Of a stretch of DNA of 64,000 nucleotides, positions 1 to 10,380 are shown in pieces; within the stretch, counting starts at the first letter, position 1, and each line of letters begins with the position of its first letter. Source of the DNA: Halarcobacter sp. (GTDB lineage: Bacteria; Campylobacterota; Campylobacteria; Campylobacterales; Arcobacteraceae); the NCBI GenBank assembly GCA_048571215.1, contig CP182352.1, forward strand, positions 2,976,001-3,040,000. The letters run 5' to 3'. Both the position numbers and the translations under genes were made by a program. Below the pieces are notes generated by a model. The model was not told the origin of the DNA. It searched no databases and saw nothing but the letters and a program-made list of their open reading frames with translations.

Positions 1-852
1 ACCACCAACAGTTTCCCCTTGACCATTTAAATCAGCCATTCCTCTTCTATTTGCAGATGTAACATTTACTTCTGCTACATCTTTTATTTTAAGTGGTGTT
101 AGTCCATTTGTTTTGATAGTAATATTTTCAATATCATTAAGGTTTTTTAGATAAGCCTTTGCTTGAATCATCTGCTCAAAACCATTTTCTAAAATTATTC
201 TACCACCAACTTCTTTATTGTTTTTTATAAGTGCTTTTTTTATATTCTCAATACTTAGATTGTATTGTACAAGCCTATCTTGGTCAACTGTAATCTCATA
301 GTTTTTAATAAACCCTCCAATAGAAGCAATCTCACTTACACCATCAACTCCCAATAAAGCATATTTATAATAATAATCTTGCAGAGTTCTTAACTCTTCT
401 AGGGATTTAGTATCAGATTTCAAAGCATATTCATAAGCCCATCCTACACCTGTAGCATCTGGACCAATTGCAACATCAACCCCGCTTGGAAAACTTCCTT
501 GAAGTTGAGATAATTGCTCTAAAATTCTATTTCTTGAATCATATAAATCAGTTCCATCTTTAAAAATGATATATATAAGTGCATTTTGAAAAGAACTCAT
601 TGCCCTTACTGTTTCTATATTTGGAAGACTCATTAGATTTGAAATAAGAGGATATGAAACTTGCTCCTCTATTGTTTTTGGACTTTGCCCTGGCCACTTA
701 ACTTGAACAATAACTTGAGGAGGTGACAAATCCGGCAAAGCATCCAAACTTGTATTTTTAACTGCCCAATAAGAAGCAAAAGTTAAAACTAAAATAGAAA
801 AAATAATTAAGAATTTATTTCTAATGCTATATGAGATTATACTTTCAACCAT
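1..852 (-). CDS. cusA: CusA/CzcA heavy-metal RND efflux permease (5' part only, runs off window start)
   Basis: Manual translation from ATG at 852: MVESIISYSIRNKFLII...LDALPDLSPPQVIVQVKWPGQSP...GPDATGVGWAYEY, typical CusA N-terminus; downstream of MFP gene. Confidence 0.92.
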   Translation of the reverse strand, partial: MVESIISYSIRNKFLIIFSILVLTFASYWAVKNTSLDALPDLSPPQVIVQVKWPGQSPKTIEEQVSYPLISNLMSLPNIETVRAMSSFQNALIYIIFKDGTDLYDSRNRILEQLSQLQGSFPSGVDVAIGPDATGVGWAYEYALKSDTKSLEELRTLQDYYYKYALLGVDGVSEIASIGGFIKNYEITVDQDRLVQYNLSIENIKKALIKNNKEVGGRIILENGFEQMIQAKAYLKNLNDIENITIKTNGLTPLKIKDVAEVNVTSANRRGMADLNGQGETVGG

Positions 853-860
853 AACTTTTC

Positions 861-1862
861 CTACCAGTCTTCATCATCATTGCTATATAAACCATTTGTA
901 ATGGCATCCGAATCAAGCAAGAAAAGTGCATTATTTATAACCGTTTGCCCCTCTTCTAATCCATCTAGTATCTCGTACTTATTTGAAGAGATTCTTTTTG
1001 CTGTAATCTCTATAGGTTCATATTCTGATTTTGATAGGTATTGAAAAACATAGTGTTTTTTCCCTTTTGTTAAAACTGAACTTTTTGGAAGAGTTAATAC
1101 AGTTTTTGTATCAGTTTTAATTTGTACCTTTGCAAACATATTTGGATAAAGTTTTAACTCTTTATTCTTAATAGTAAATCTTACATCAACTGTTTTGGTT
1201 TTTAAATCAACCTGGGGATAAACTAAATCAACTTTTGTTTTAATGGGAGAACTTACTCCATCAATAACAACTTGAGCTTCCATCCCTTTTTTTATAAAAG
1301 CTAAATCTTTTTGATAAACTTGAGCTATAAACCAAAGCTCATCCAAAGATGCAAGTTGTAATAAAAGTTTCCCTTTCTTTACAAAACTTCCTTTATTTAT
1401 ATTTTTTTCTAAAACAATAGAATCCATAGGTGAATAAAAAGGGATATCTTTTATAAGTTTATCTGAAGAGTTAATTCTCTTAATTACAGAAGAACTTATA
1501 TCCAAAGATTTTAATTTTTCAATATTACTAGAGATTAATGAAGGCATAAATTTTTTTGCAATACTAATCTCTTGTTGAATTGAACTTAATTCATCAGAAT
1601 ATATTGTAAAAAGTAAATCACCTTTTTTTAAAGTTTTATATTGTTCATTTGCTTCCAAGTTAGTAATATAACCATCAAATCTACTAACAATATCATAAAT
1701 TTTTGTCTCATTTAAGGCAGTATAGCCATAAAAGCTTTTTAAGGTACCTATTTGCTCTTTTTGTACTTTGGTAAGCTTTCTATTAAATAACTGCTCAACT
1801 TCAAGAATTTGGGCATTTGTGATTGTAAGTACCATAAAAAGGGCGATTAAAATAGCTCTCAT
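861..1862 (-). CDS. RND efflux periplasmic adaptor (CusB/CzcB-type membrane fusion protein)
   Basis: RFDGYI..L, KGDLLFTIYS, LYPNMFAKV, YEILDGLEEGQTV..NALFLLDSDA motifs. Confidence 0.9.
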   Translation of the reverse strand: MRAILIALFMVLTITNAQILEVEQLFNRKLTKVQKEQIGTLKSFYGYTALNETKIYDIVSRFDGYITNLEANEQYKTLKKGDLLFTIYSDELSSIQQEISIAKKFMPSLISSNIEKLKSLDISSSVIKRINSSDKLIKDIPFYSPMDSIVLEKNINKGSFVKKGKLLLQLASLDELWFIAQVYQKDLAFIKKGMEAQVVIDGVSSPIKTKVDLVYPQVDLKTKTVDVRFTIKNKELKLYPNMFAKVQIKTDTKTVLTLPKSSVLTKGKKHYVFQYLSKSEYEPIEITAKRISSNKYEILDGLEEGQTVINNALFLLDSDAITNGLYSNDDEDW

Positions 1863-3064
1863 CTGATTCCCTTAGTAAAATAGATAGATTTTGCTAATGA
1901 ATTAAAATAAATCTCTTTTTCATCAACAACTTTTAATTTATATTTTATTATTTCATTAAAATTTTTTATTAACGATTTTGAATCAATATTTTTATAAGAG
2001 TTAAAATTGTTATAAGACTCTAATACTTTTTGTAATTGTTCAAATCTTGAAAGAATATCTTTATTTATAATATTTACAGTTTCACATGAAACATTTAAAT
2101 TTTCTTGCAAAATATTAATTTGATTTTTAAAACTATTTTTCATATCTTTAACATTATTATCAAGTTCAAGAGTTTTGAACTTCGCTTTTCTTGATTTGAT
2201 ATCTTCACTTCCATAAATAGATAAAGGGATTGCAACAGCAAAATTTACATAGTCGTCATATTTATTATCTCTTTGAAAATATGTAAGGGTAAAATTAATA
2301 TCAGAATTTTTTTTCTCTTTTTCTAATTTTGAGATATTTTCAAACTTTTTTGAACTCTCTTTCAGTGATAAGATTTTTGGATGTTTATCTATTTGGGGGA
2401 AAAGATTGATTTTTTTGATTTCCATATCTATATCTATATTTTTATACTTTTCGTAACTAATCTCTTCTAGCTTTATTTTTTCTATATTTAACATAGATTT
2501 CAATTTTTGAGTTTTTAGATTTAACTCATGGTAAATAATTTGTGTATTCAAAATCTCTTTTTGCGAGGCTTTATTATATTTATAAAGCTGTGTAAATAAA
2601 TCTTCTAATTTTTTTGTATTTACTTTAAATTTCTCAAATAAAGATAATCTCTCTTCAAGTAGTTTTATATTGTAAATATATTCATAAATTTTAGATTTAT
2701 ATAGAAGTTTTTTATCCTCAACAATATATTTTGAAATCTCATAATCATTTAGAGCTATATCTTTTTCAACTTCTAGTTTATCTCCTAAGGGTACAACTTG
2801 TGAAAAGCCGATAAATTGAGCTTGCATAGGTTCTTTATCCCTAGACAAGCTATCATTAAACTGAACATCAGTTGCACCAAAACTAAGAGTTGGGTTTTTC
2901 CACTTTGAGCTTAAACTAATTTGCTGTTTTATATCATTAATAGATTCCTCTAAAGCTTTTAGACTATAATTTTTTTTAAAACTATTTTCTACAATTTCAT
3001 CTATGTTTTTTGCACTTAAAAAAGTAGATATAAAAAACAGTAGAAGAAAAGATCTTTTTAACAT
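1859..3064 (-). CDS. TolC-family outer membrane efflux protein (CrdB-like)
   Basis: Signal peptide, NP.L.F motif, helical repeats; lies between crdA-like and MFP genes as in the H. pylori crdAB-czcBA operon. Confidence 0.82.
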   Translation of the reverse strand: MLKRSFLLLFFISTFLSAKNIDEIVENSFKKNYSLKALEESINDIKQQISLSSKWKNPTLSFGATDVQFNDSLSRDKEPMQAQFIGFSQVVPLGDKLEVEKDIALNDYEISKYIVEDKKLLYKSKIYEYIYNIKLLEERLSLFEKFKVNTKKLEDLFTQLYKYNKASQKEILNTQIIYHELNLKTQKLKSMLNIEKIKLEEISYEKYKNIDIDMEIKKINLFPQIDKHPKILSLKESSKKFENISKLEKEKKNSDINFTLTYFQRDNKYDDYVNFAVAIPLSIYGSEDIKSRKAKFKTLELDNNVKDMKNSFKNQINILQENLNVSCETVNIINKDILSRFEQLQKVLESYNNFNSYKNIDSKSLIKNFNEIIKYKLKVVDEKEIYFNSLAKSIYFTKGIR

Positions 3065-3072
3065 GGGTTTTC

Positions 3073-3453
3073 CTATAGATTTATACTAGATCTAATAGTA
3101 TGAACTTTCCCATCTTGGGTTTTAAACTTTAAATGGTATTGCCATGTACCACCCATTGGAAAATTGATTGAGGTTTTAAATTTACCATCTACAAATTTTG
3201 CTTTTTGGGTTTGTTCCATATATGGCATTCCTGGCATCTCTGGCATAAAGAATTTTATTTTTACCTTTGCATTAGTAACAGCAACAGTATCTTTAGCTAA
3301 AGTAATAAAAAAAGTATTATTACCAACTACAAGTGATTTCTCAGACTTCAGTGTAATCTCATATCCATCTTTCTTTCCACTTAAATCAATAGGATCTGCA
3401 TTTAGCAAACCAAAAGTTAATAATAGTGCTCCAATAAATTTCACTAGTTTCAT
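3073..3453 (-). CDS. crdA: Copper resistance protein CrdA-like (YtkA/FixH-like, secreted, Met-rich)
   Basis: Signal peptide; FFMPEMPGMPYM and MGGTWQ motifs as in H. pylori CrdA; first gene of the operon; SD AAGGAG. Confidence 0.8.
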   Translation of the reverse strand: MKLVKFIGALLLTFGLLNADPIDLSGKKDGYEITLKSEKSLVVGNNTFFITLAKDTVAVTNAKVKIKFFMPEMPGMPYMEQTQKAKFVDGKFKTSINFPMGGTWQYHLKFKTQDGKVHTIRSSINL

Positions 3454-3478
3454 AAAGACTCCTTAAAAAATTTATGGA

Positions 3479-3510
3479 ATTCTATTATTTTTATGAGGAG
3501 GGTGTGTGGA
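3479..3510 (-). promoter_or_regulatory. crdA promoter: AC-rich direct repeat with 11-bp period (TCCACA-N5-TCCTCA), putative CrdR/OmpR-type box, plus -10 TAGAAT
   Basis: On the + strand, tgagga 3494-3499, tgtgga 3505-3510 and attcta 3479-3484. Confidence 0.55.
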
Positions 3511-3518
3511 AAAAAATT

Positions 3519-4670
3519 TTAGTTAAATTTGAAAGAAAAAGTTGTACCCTCTTTTAGTTTTGATTCTACATGAAATTTTATATTATATTTATAACAGATA
3601 TTTTGAACAATATTAAGCCCTATCCCAAAACCACCCTGTTCTTTTGTAGCTCTATAGTATCTATTGAAAATATCCTTTATTTTATCTTTTGGTATACCAA
3701 CTCCACTATCATCAATAACTAAAACATTTGATTTTAATTTTATGTTTATATTCCCTTGTTTTTTATTATATTTAATAGCATTTGATAAAATATTGTTAAA
3801 GAGTCTAATAAAATCATCCCTTTGTATTTTATACTCAAACTCTTTTAGTTCACAAGATATTGTAACTCTTTTTTTATGGGCTAAAATCTTAAAATAAGGC
3901 AATTGTTCCTCAATCAATTGGTCTAATCTATGATTTTCTAATTGGGGGTTTTTTTCATGTTCTTCTAAAAAAACAAAGGTTAAATCCTGATATACTTCTG
4001 ATATTCTTTTTGCAGCAAGTTTAATTCTGTCTATTTGTTTTTTCGATAACTCTGTATCTTCTGTAGACATCAAAATAGCACTGACTGGAGTATTTAACTC
4101 ATGGGTACTATCTTTTATAAAGGTGTTTAATTTTTCCCTTTCATCTTTTATAGGTTTTATAAAAAGTTTTGCTAAATAAAAACCAATCAAAGATATAAAT
4201 GTGAAAATTAGTATAAAAATAAAAATAGTATTGCTTTTTAGCTTATCTATTGTTTTTGCATATAAGTTCTCTTCAATAGCTATATAATAAATCCCTAAAT
4301 GACCATATGTTGAGTTATTTATAAGGGTAAAATTTCTATCTTGAACTATTATTTTTTTGCTAAAATCTATATTCCCATCCAAATTTCCAAAAAGTTTTTT
4401 TCTATTTTTATCATAAAAAGAAATTTTATATTCACTCTTATTCATAAATGAGGAGCTATCAAGTTTTGTTCCACTCATATGTGAATAGATAACTTGTGAT
4501 GAGATATTTGATACTACATTTTCCATTTTTGTTTTAGTTAAATCAAAATATAGTTTTTTTTCATTTTCATAATAAAGCAGTGCAATTATCATCAAAAGAA
4601 CGAATGAACCACCAAAATATAAGCCAAAAAATCTTAGAAAAGTTATCTTTTCACTTCTTGTTAAATCTAT
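3519..4670 (-). CDS. Sensor histidine kinase (CrdS-like); probable non-canonical ATA start at 4670
   Basis: H-box DSTHELNTP, N-box NILSNAIKYN, G-boxes DSGVGI and GGFGIGL; frame open 25 codons upstream of track start 4595 to an AAGGAG SD. Confidence 0.88.
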   Translation of the reverse strand: MDLTRSEKITFLRFFGLYFGGSFVLLMIIALLYYENEKKLYFDLTKTKMENVVSNISSQVIYSHMSGTKLDSSSFMNKSEYKISFYDKNRKKLFGNLDGNIDFSKKIIVQDRNFTLINNSTYGHLGIYYIAIEENLYAKTIDKLKSNTIFIFILIFTFISLIGFYLAKLFIKPIKDEREKLNTFIKDSTHELNTPVSAILMSTEDTELSKKQIDRIKLAAKRISEVYQDLTFVFLEEHEKNPQLENHRLDQLIEEQLPYFKILAHKKRVTISCELKEFEYKIQRDDFIRLFNNILSNAIKYNKKQGNINIKLKSNVLVIDDSGVGIPKDKIKDIFNRYYRATKEQGGFGIGLNIVQNICYKYNIKFHVESKLKEGTTFSFKFN

Positions 4671-4753
4671 AATTATCTCCTTAAATGTTTCAGGATTATA
4701 TCATAAAATATTTTTCCATGTACATTACACAAAAAATCAACTATAATTTTACT

Positions 4754-5410
4754 ATGAAAATATTACTACTAGAAGATGATACTTTATTAAATGAGATTAT
4801 AGAAGAATTTTTGGAAAAACTAAACCATAAAGTAGTATCCACTTATGATGGGCAAGAGGCTATTGAAGCTGTATTTGAAGAAAATTTTGATTTACTTATT
4901 TTAGATGTAAATGTACCTTTGATAAATGGTTTTGAAGTTTTAAAAGAGCTTAAAAGAAATAGCATAAATACTCCAACCATATATATAACCTCTCTTCATA
5001 CCTTAAAAGATATGGAGATAGGATTTAAAGCTGGAGCTGATGATTATATGAAAAAACCTTTTCATCTTAGTGAACTAAAACTTAGAATTGAAAATATTGT
5101 AAGATTAAGACATATTGAAAATAGTGGTGATAATAAAATAAACGACACAATAAGCTATAACTATGATACAAAAACAATAAAAGTATCACAACAAAAGCAT
5201 ACTCTATCTAAAACAGAAGCAAAAGTATTTGAATACTTTTTGAAAAATAGAAATAGATCCATCTCAATTGAAGAGATTAGCTTAAACAATTGGTCCTATG
5301 AAGAGGCTCCTACGGCAACTACAATAAGAACATATATAAAAAATCTTAGAAAAATTTTAGGTAAAGATATGATTGATACTTTTAAAGGAATCGGTTACAA
5401 ATTAAAATAA
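4754..5410 (+). CDS. OmpR-family response regulator (CrdR-like); probably leaderless
   Basis: MKILLLEDD...DLLILDVNVP...GADDYMKKPF...TYIKNLRK...GIGYKL; TATAAT at 4742-4747 ends 6 nt before ATG 4754. Confidence 0.92.
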   Translation: MKILLLEDDTLLNEIIEEFLEKLNHKVVSTYDGQEAIEAVFEENFDLLILDVNVPLINGFEVLKELKRNSINTPTIYITSLHTLKDMEIGFKAGADDYMKKPFHLSELKLRIENIVRLRHIENSGDNKINDTISYNYDTKTIKVSQQKHTLSKTEAKVFEYFLKNRNRSISIEEISLNNWSYEEAPTATTIRTYIKNLRKILGKDMIDTFKGIGYKLK

Positions 5411-5469
5411 ACTATCCTATACTAAAAAGTAATATATCTTTTGTTATAATCTTTTTTTAAAGGGATAAA

Positions 5470-6876
5470 ATGGTTAATAAAAGTATATTTAGAGAATATG
5501 ATATTAGAGGAATAGTTGGAGCTGATTTAAATAAAGAGTCGGTGAAATTAATTGGTTTTTTCTTAGGGAAAAGAGTTTATGAAAAGTTCAAAGAGAACTC
5601 TTATATCTCAATTGGCTACGATGCAAGAACCCACTCACCTGAACTTTTTTCATATTTGGCAAGTGGTTTTAATAAAGCTGGATGTACTGTATTAAATATG
5701 GGTATGGTTGCAACTGGTGTAAACTATTTTTCAAACTACCAAGAGTTTGAAATAGAGGGTAAAAAGATTCAAGCAAATTGCTCTGTTATGATAACAGGAA
5801 GTCACAATCCAAGTGAATATAATGGCTTTAAAATCACCCTTGACAAAAAACCATTCTTTGGAGAAGATATCTATACTTTGGGGGATGAGATTATTGCAAG
5901 TGATGTACAAATTGAAGACAATGATAAAAACTATCCAATAGATGTAAAATCACTATATATAAACTATATAGTAAATGAATTTTCATTTTTAAAAGGGATG
6001 AAAGAAAGATTTATTATAGATTGTGGAAATGGAGTTGCTGATACAGTTCTTACAACTATATTAGATAAATTAGAATTAAACTATGATGGTCTATATTGTG
6101 AACCAGATGGAAGTTTTCCTAACCATCATCCAGATCCAAGTGAAGAGAAAAATCTAAAAGATATAATGGCTGCTTTAAAGGGTAATTATGAGTTTGGTTT
6201 TGCCTATGATGGAGATGCAGATAGAATCGCATTTTTAACAAAAAAGTATAATGTAAAAGGTGATATCATGGCACTTTTATTTGCAAAAACCATGACAAAT
6301 CCTACAATAATTGGTGAAGTTAAATGTACTCAAGTTATGTATGATATTATAAATAAAACAGGTAAAGCTGTTATGTACAAAACAGGTCACTCAAACTTGA
6401 AAGTAAAACTAAAAGAGCTTAATGCAGACCTAGCAGCAGAAGTTTCTGGACATATATTTTTCAATGATAGATATTTTGGTTTTGATGATGCCATTTATGC
6501 TACATTTAGACTACTAGAACTAATTTATAATAAAATGGATATTGATGCCCAAATTGATGCCCTACCTAAGACTTATTCAACAGAAGAGATAAAAGTAAAA
6601 ACAAGTGAAGAGGAAAAGTTTTTACTAATTGACAAGGTAAAAGAACATCTTAAAAACCCACCAGCTAATTTTCCTGCGATAAAAGATATTATTGATGTGG
6701 ATGGGGTTAGAGTTATCTTTGATAAGGGCTGGGGGCTTGTAAGAGCTTCAAATACAACACCTGTTCTTGTTACTAGATTTGAATCTACAGATGAAGCTAT
6801 GGCAAAAATATATGAAGAGAAACTGAACAATTTAATTCAAATGGCAAAAGATGAACTTAATAGCACTTCAAACTAA
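5470..6876 (+). CDS. Phosphomannomutase/phosphoglucomutase
   Basis: IFREYDIRG, ITGSHNP, DGDADR, AEVSGH, VRASNTTP motifs. Confidence 0.95.
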   Translation: MVNKSIFREYDIRGIVGADLNKESVKLIGFFLGKRVYEKFKENSYISIGYDARTHSPELFSYLASGFNKAGCTVLNMGMVATGVNYFSNYQEFEIEGKKIQANCSVMITGSHNPSEYNGFKITLDKKPFFGEDIYTLGDEIIASDVQIEDNDKNYPIDVKSLYINYIVNEFSFLKGMKERFIIDCGNGVADTVLTTILDKLELNYDGLYCEPDGSFPNHHPDPSEEKNLKDIMAALKGNYEFGFAYDGDADRIAFLTKKYNVKGDIMALLFAKTMTNPTIIGEVKCTQVMYDIINKTGKAVMYKTGHSNLKVKLKELNADLAAEVSGHIFFNDRYFGFDDAIYATFRLLELIYNKMDIDAQIDALPKTYSTEEIKVKTSEEEKFLLIDKVKEHLKNPPANFPAIKDIIDVDGVRVIFDKGWGLVRASNTTPVLVTRFESTDEAMAKIYEEKLNNLIQMAKDELNSTSN

Positions 6877-7576
6877 AACTTTAGATGATTTCCAAAAAAA
6901 TCTAAAACACTTAAAAGAGTTGATTTTACAATGTGAAGACAACTCTTTTATCCTTGCTCCTGAGGTTTGTCTAACAGGTTTTTGTTATGATAAGATGGAA
7001 GAAGCTTGTAGTTTTAATCTAAAAGCGATAAAAGAGATTGAAGTTTTGAGTAAAAATAAAACTATAGCCTTAACTTTTATTACAAAAAAACAGAACTCTT
7101 ACTTTAATACCTTATATATATTTCATAAGGGCAAAACTATTCACACCCAATCTAAACATCGTTTATTTCCCCTAGGAGATGAACATGATCATTTTATGAG
7201 TGGTGATTTAGAAGATATGAAAATAATTGATATTGATGGAGTTAAAGTAGCAACTCTAATCTGCTTTGAGATTAGATTCCCACAATATTGGCTGAAGGTT
7301 TTAGGGGCTGATTTAATTTTAAATCCATCAATGTGGGGATTAAAAAGAAAAGCCCATTATGAAACCATGACAAAAGCTTTAGCTGTTGCAAACCAATGTT
7401 TTGTACTTACTGCAAATAGTGCGGATGAAAATATGGCAAAAGGAAGCGGTATTATAAACCCTTGGGCAGATGAGTTTAGAGATGATGAAAAAGAGCTAAT
7501 AAAACAAAAAATAGATCTAAACGAAGTATTAAAGATTAGAAAATATATAGATATAGGATTGAAAAATAGTGAATGA
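6851..7576 (+). CDS. Carbon-nitrogen hydrolase (nitrilase superfamily)
   Basis: Glu-Lys-Cys triad motifs APE, SKHRLF, LICFEIRFP. Confidence 0.9.
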   Translation: MNLIALQTKTLDDFQKNLKHLKELILQCEDNSFILAPEVCLTGFCYDKMEEACSFNLKAIKEIEVLSKNKTIALTFITKKQNSYFNTLYIFHKGKTIHTQSKHRLFPLGDEHDHFMSGDLEDMKIIDIDGVKVATLICFEIRFPQYWLKVLGADLILNPSMWGLKRKAHYETMTKALAVANQCFVLTANSADENMAKGSGIINPWADEFRDDEKELIKQKIDLNEVLKIRKYIDIGLKNSE

Positions 7577-8021
7577 AGTTAAATCAATAATTTTTGTGTG
7601 TTTAGGAAATATTTGTCGTTCCCCTTTAGCAGAAGGTATTGCAAAAGAGTATGCTAAAAAGAACAATTTGGATATAAAAATAGCAAGTGCTGGTACAGGA
7701 AGTTGGCATATAGGTGATGCTCCTTGTGAGAACTCTATAAAAGTAGCAAAACAAAATGGGATAGATATCTCAAAACAAAAAGCTCAACAGATAAAAAAAG
7801 AGCACTTTAAAGAGTATGATTTAGTTGTTGCACTTGATAGTAAAAATCTTGCCGATTTAAAAAAGCTAGGTGCAAAGCCACTTAAACTTGGAGATTATGG
7901 TTATGAAGGTCAAGATGTACCAGACCCCTACTTTTTCCCAGGATTTGAAGGATTTGATAAGGTTTATAAAATGATAGAAACTTGTGTAAAAAACCTAATT
8001 AAACAGAAGATCTCACACTAA
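7569..8021 (+). CDS. Low molecular weight protein-tyrosine phosphatase
   Basis: FVCLGNICRSP P-loop; VPDPY. Confidence 0.95.
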   Translation: MNEVKSIIFVCLGNICRSPLAEGIAKEYAKKNNLDIKIASAGTGSWHIGDAPCENSIKVAKQNGIDISKQKAQQIKKEHFKEYDLVVALDSKNLADLKKLGAKPLKLGDYGYEGQDVPDPYFFPGFEGFDKVYKMIETCVKNLIKQKISH

Positions 8022-8421
8022 TTTTTGTTTCAAAGTTTTTAGCCTGCCCTACCCAGTCTTGTTCTATTACTTGATTGTCTTCTAAAATAAAATACTCTTC
8101 AACCCAATGACAGTTTCGTGCATTCCATTTAGTAATTTGGTCAAAGTGAAAAATACCTAACTCGTTTAGTTTTCCTTCAAGCTCTATATCAATCCCCTCA
8201 ATCTCTTTTAAATCATCTTTTCCACCAGGTCTTGGAGCACTTCTAATTAAAGGTTTATTATATACATTTGCTTGTACTTTATTGTGCATATTGGAAGGAA
8301 TACTACTATATACTTTTGTTCTACCTCCACCAAAAGCTTTTCCAATTATAAATCCAATTAAAAATCCAATAAATGCTGCAAGTACTAAACATAAAACTAT
8401 TTGAGATGCTATTTCAATCAC
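7999..8421 (-). CDS. Membrane-anchored protein with helix-hairpin-helix domain
   Basis: N-terminal TM; KDDLKEIEGI...LNELGIFHFDQI...DWVGQAK. Confidence 0.7.
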   Translation of the reverse strand: MIEIASQIVLCLVLAAFIGFLIGFIIGKAFGGGRTKVYSSIPSNMHNKVQANVYNKPLIRSAPRPGGKDDLKEIEGIDIELEGKLNELGIFHFDQITKWNARNCHWVEEYFILEDNQVIEQDWVGQAKNFETKISVRSSV

Positions 8422-8424
8422 TTT

Positions 8425-9228
8425 TTATTCCTCAATTATATTAAATTCTACTCTTCTATTTATTAAAGAATACCCATTTTTATTGTTTTCAACCAATGGT
8501 ATATCCTCTCCATATCCCCTAGCTATAAGTTTATTTTCTGGAATGCCATAAGAGGCTATTAATTCTTTTATTTTTTCTGCTCTTTGCATAGAAACTCTTT
8601 TATTCAAATCATCTGCACCTGCTGCATCTGTATGACCTGCTATTTCTATACTTATATTATTGTGTTTCTTTAAAAGTCTAGCTATTGTGTCAACTGTTTT
8701 TTCACTTTTTCTAAGAATATCAGCACTTGCTCTTTTAAATATTATTGGATTTTTTGCAACGATTTCATTTATCTTAAGCTGTAATTCTTGGGCTTGAATT
8801 GACATATCTTGAATATATTTTTCATTGCCAACTCTAACATACTTTTCTTTATCTAGTTTTACTAAAGGTTCAATCTCTTTTATATCGGGTTTTTTTGACT
8901 CTTGAATTATGGTATCAGATGATTCTGTACCAATACTCTCTTCTTTTGTATCAAACTCTTCTTGAGTCTCTTGTGCATTTTCCTCTTGATTATTCTTCAA
9001 AGCTTCATCAATGGGTTCAGTTGTAAGTTCTGCCTCATGTTTAGCAATATCTTTAACACCAACTTCAGTATTTTGTGTTTCAATTCTTGTTTCATCAACT
9101 ATATTTTCTTTTGTATTTGTTGTTGCTACTTGTTTATCGTATATATCTTGTGCATTAAAATACACGCATGAGATAACTAAAAGAATTAATAATAAAAATA
9201 AAAAGATAACTTTTTTTTCTGCATCCAT
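8425..9228 (-). CDS. OmpA/MotB-family peptidoglycan-binding protein
   Basis: N-terminal TM; IAGHTD, RAEK, GYGEDIP, NRRVEF. Confidence 0.9.
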   Translation of the reverse strand: MDAEKKVIFLFLLLILLVISCVYFNAQDIYDKQVATTNTKENIVDETRIETQNTEVGVKDIAKHEAELTTEPIDEALKNNQEENAQETQEEFDTKEESIGTESSDTIIQESKKPDIKEIEPLVKLDKEKYVRVGNEKYIQDMSIQAQELQLKINEIVAKNPIIFKRASADILRKSEKTVDTIARLLKKHNNISIEIAGHTDAAGADDLNKRVSMQRAEKIKELIASYGIPENKLIARGYGEDIPLVENNKNGYSLINRRVEFNIIEE

Positions 9229-9576
9229 TTTGAAATATACTTTATATAAAATTTATTTACTATAAGGATACCAAAAAAAGATTAACTTTTAGTTAATAGA
9301 AAGACAAAAATAAACTAATTTATTACATTAAAATAGTATATAATAGAATAAATAGGCATTTAAATAATATAATAAAGATATACTGATTAACAATTTTGAA
9401 TTTTCACCTATAGTTATCATGCTATCCCTTATTAAGAAGTATAATAAAATTATATTTATTTCTAATTTCAAAATAGTTACATTTATAACAAAAAAAATTT
9501 ATAAAAAATAGATAGATTAATAGAAGAATAAATTAAAGGAGATGAGTTTTATCCCATCTGCTTACGAATAGCTTTT

Positions 9577-9672
9577 TTATATTCTTGTAATCAAGTAAGT
9601 AAAAAAAGAAGAAAAAAAGTACCCAACTGAAACTACGAAAAAAAGTATTTGACTCTCAAATCTTGCTAACAT
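9577..9672 (-). CDS. Small hydrophobic protein, 31 aa (not in ORF track)
   Basis: MLARFESQILFFVVSVGYFFSSFFTYLITRI; SD AAGGAG 6 nt upstream; TATAAT upstream at 9736-9741; hairpin downstream at ~9540-9559. Confidence 0.55.
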   Translation of the reverse strand: MLARFESQILFFVVSVGYFFSSFFTYLITRI

Positions 9673-9882
9673 AAGAAACTCCTTATTTAAATAAAAGCTT
9701 TTAACATACACATGCCCATATCAAAGATATATTAAATTATACATTTTTTTTTACAATAATGTAAAATCCCATATTGTTTCTTAAATAAAACTTTTAAATA
9801 TCTAAAATCAGGGATTAAAGAGCTTAAACTAGTAAATATCTAGATATTTATCTTAAAGTTTAATATTAATATATTTATATTA

Positions 9883-10350
9883 TCAAATCCAATTTTTATA
9901 AGGGTTTTTCATAAGTTGATTATTGTAATATTTTATATCCCCTGTCACATCTTTTTTTATCCATGGTGGTAAAATAATTGTTTCATTTTCATCTTTTAAC
10001 TCCACCTCTGCGATAATTAAACCTTCATTATCCCCATAAAATATGTCAACTTCCCATAAATGGCTCTCATATGAAATTTCATATCTTGTTTTTTCAATTA
10101 TAGGTTTTGAACAAAGTTTTTCAAGCATCTCGTTTGCCTCTTCTAGAGGTATTTCATATTCAAACTCCAACCTTGTTGCACCTTTATTTTCACCTTTTAT
10201 TGTAAGGAAACCTTTAGCACCTTTAATTCTAAGCCTTACTACAGTATTGTCAGTAGTATTTATATATCCTTGTTTTATATTAATACCATTTTTTAAGTTT
10301 ATTAATTTTTGTTTATCTATTAAGTATTTTCTTTCTATCTCAATACCCAT
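9883..10350 (-). CDS. CYTH domain protein
   Basis: EIERKYL, QGY, VRLR, EFEYEIP, EKTRY, WEVD, AEVE. Confidence 0.92.
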   Translation of the reverse strand: MGIEIERKYLIDKQKLINLKNGINIKQGYINTTDNTVVRLRIKGAKGFLTIKGENKGATRLEFEYEIPLEEANEMLEKLCSKPIIEKTRYEISYESHLWEVDIFYGDNEGLIIAEVELKDENETIILPPWIKKDVTGDIKYYNNQLMKNPYKNWI

Positions 10351-10380
10351 AAGGAATATCCTTTTTCTATCTTTTTTAAA

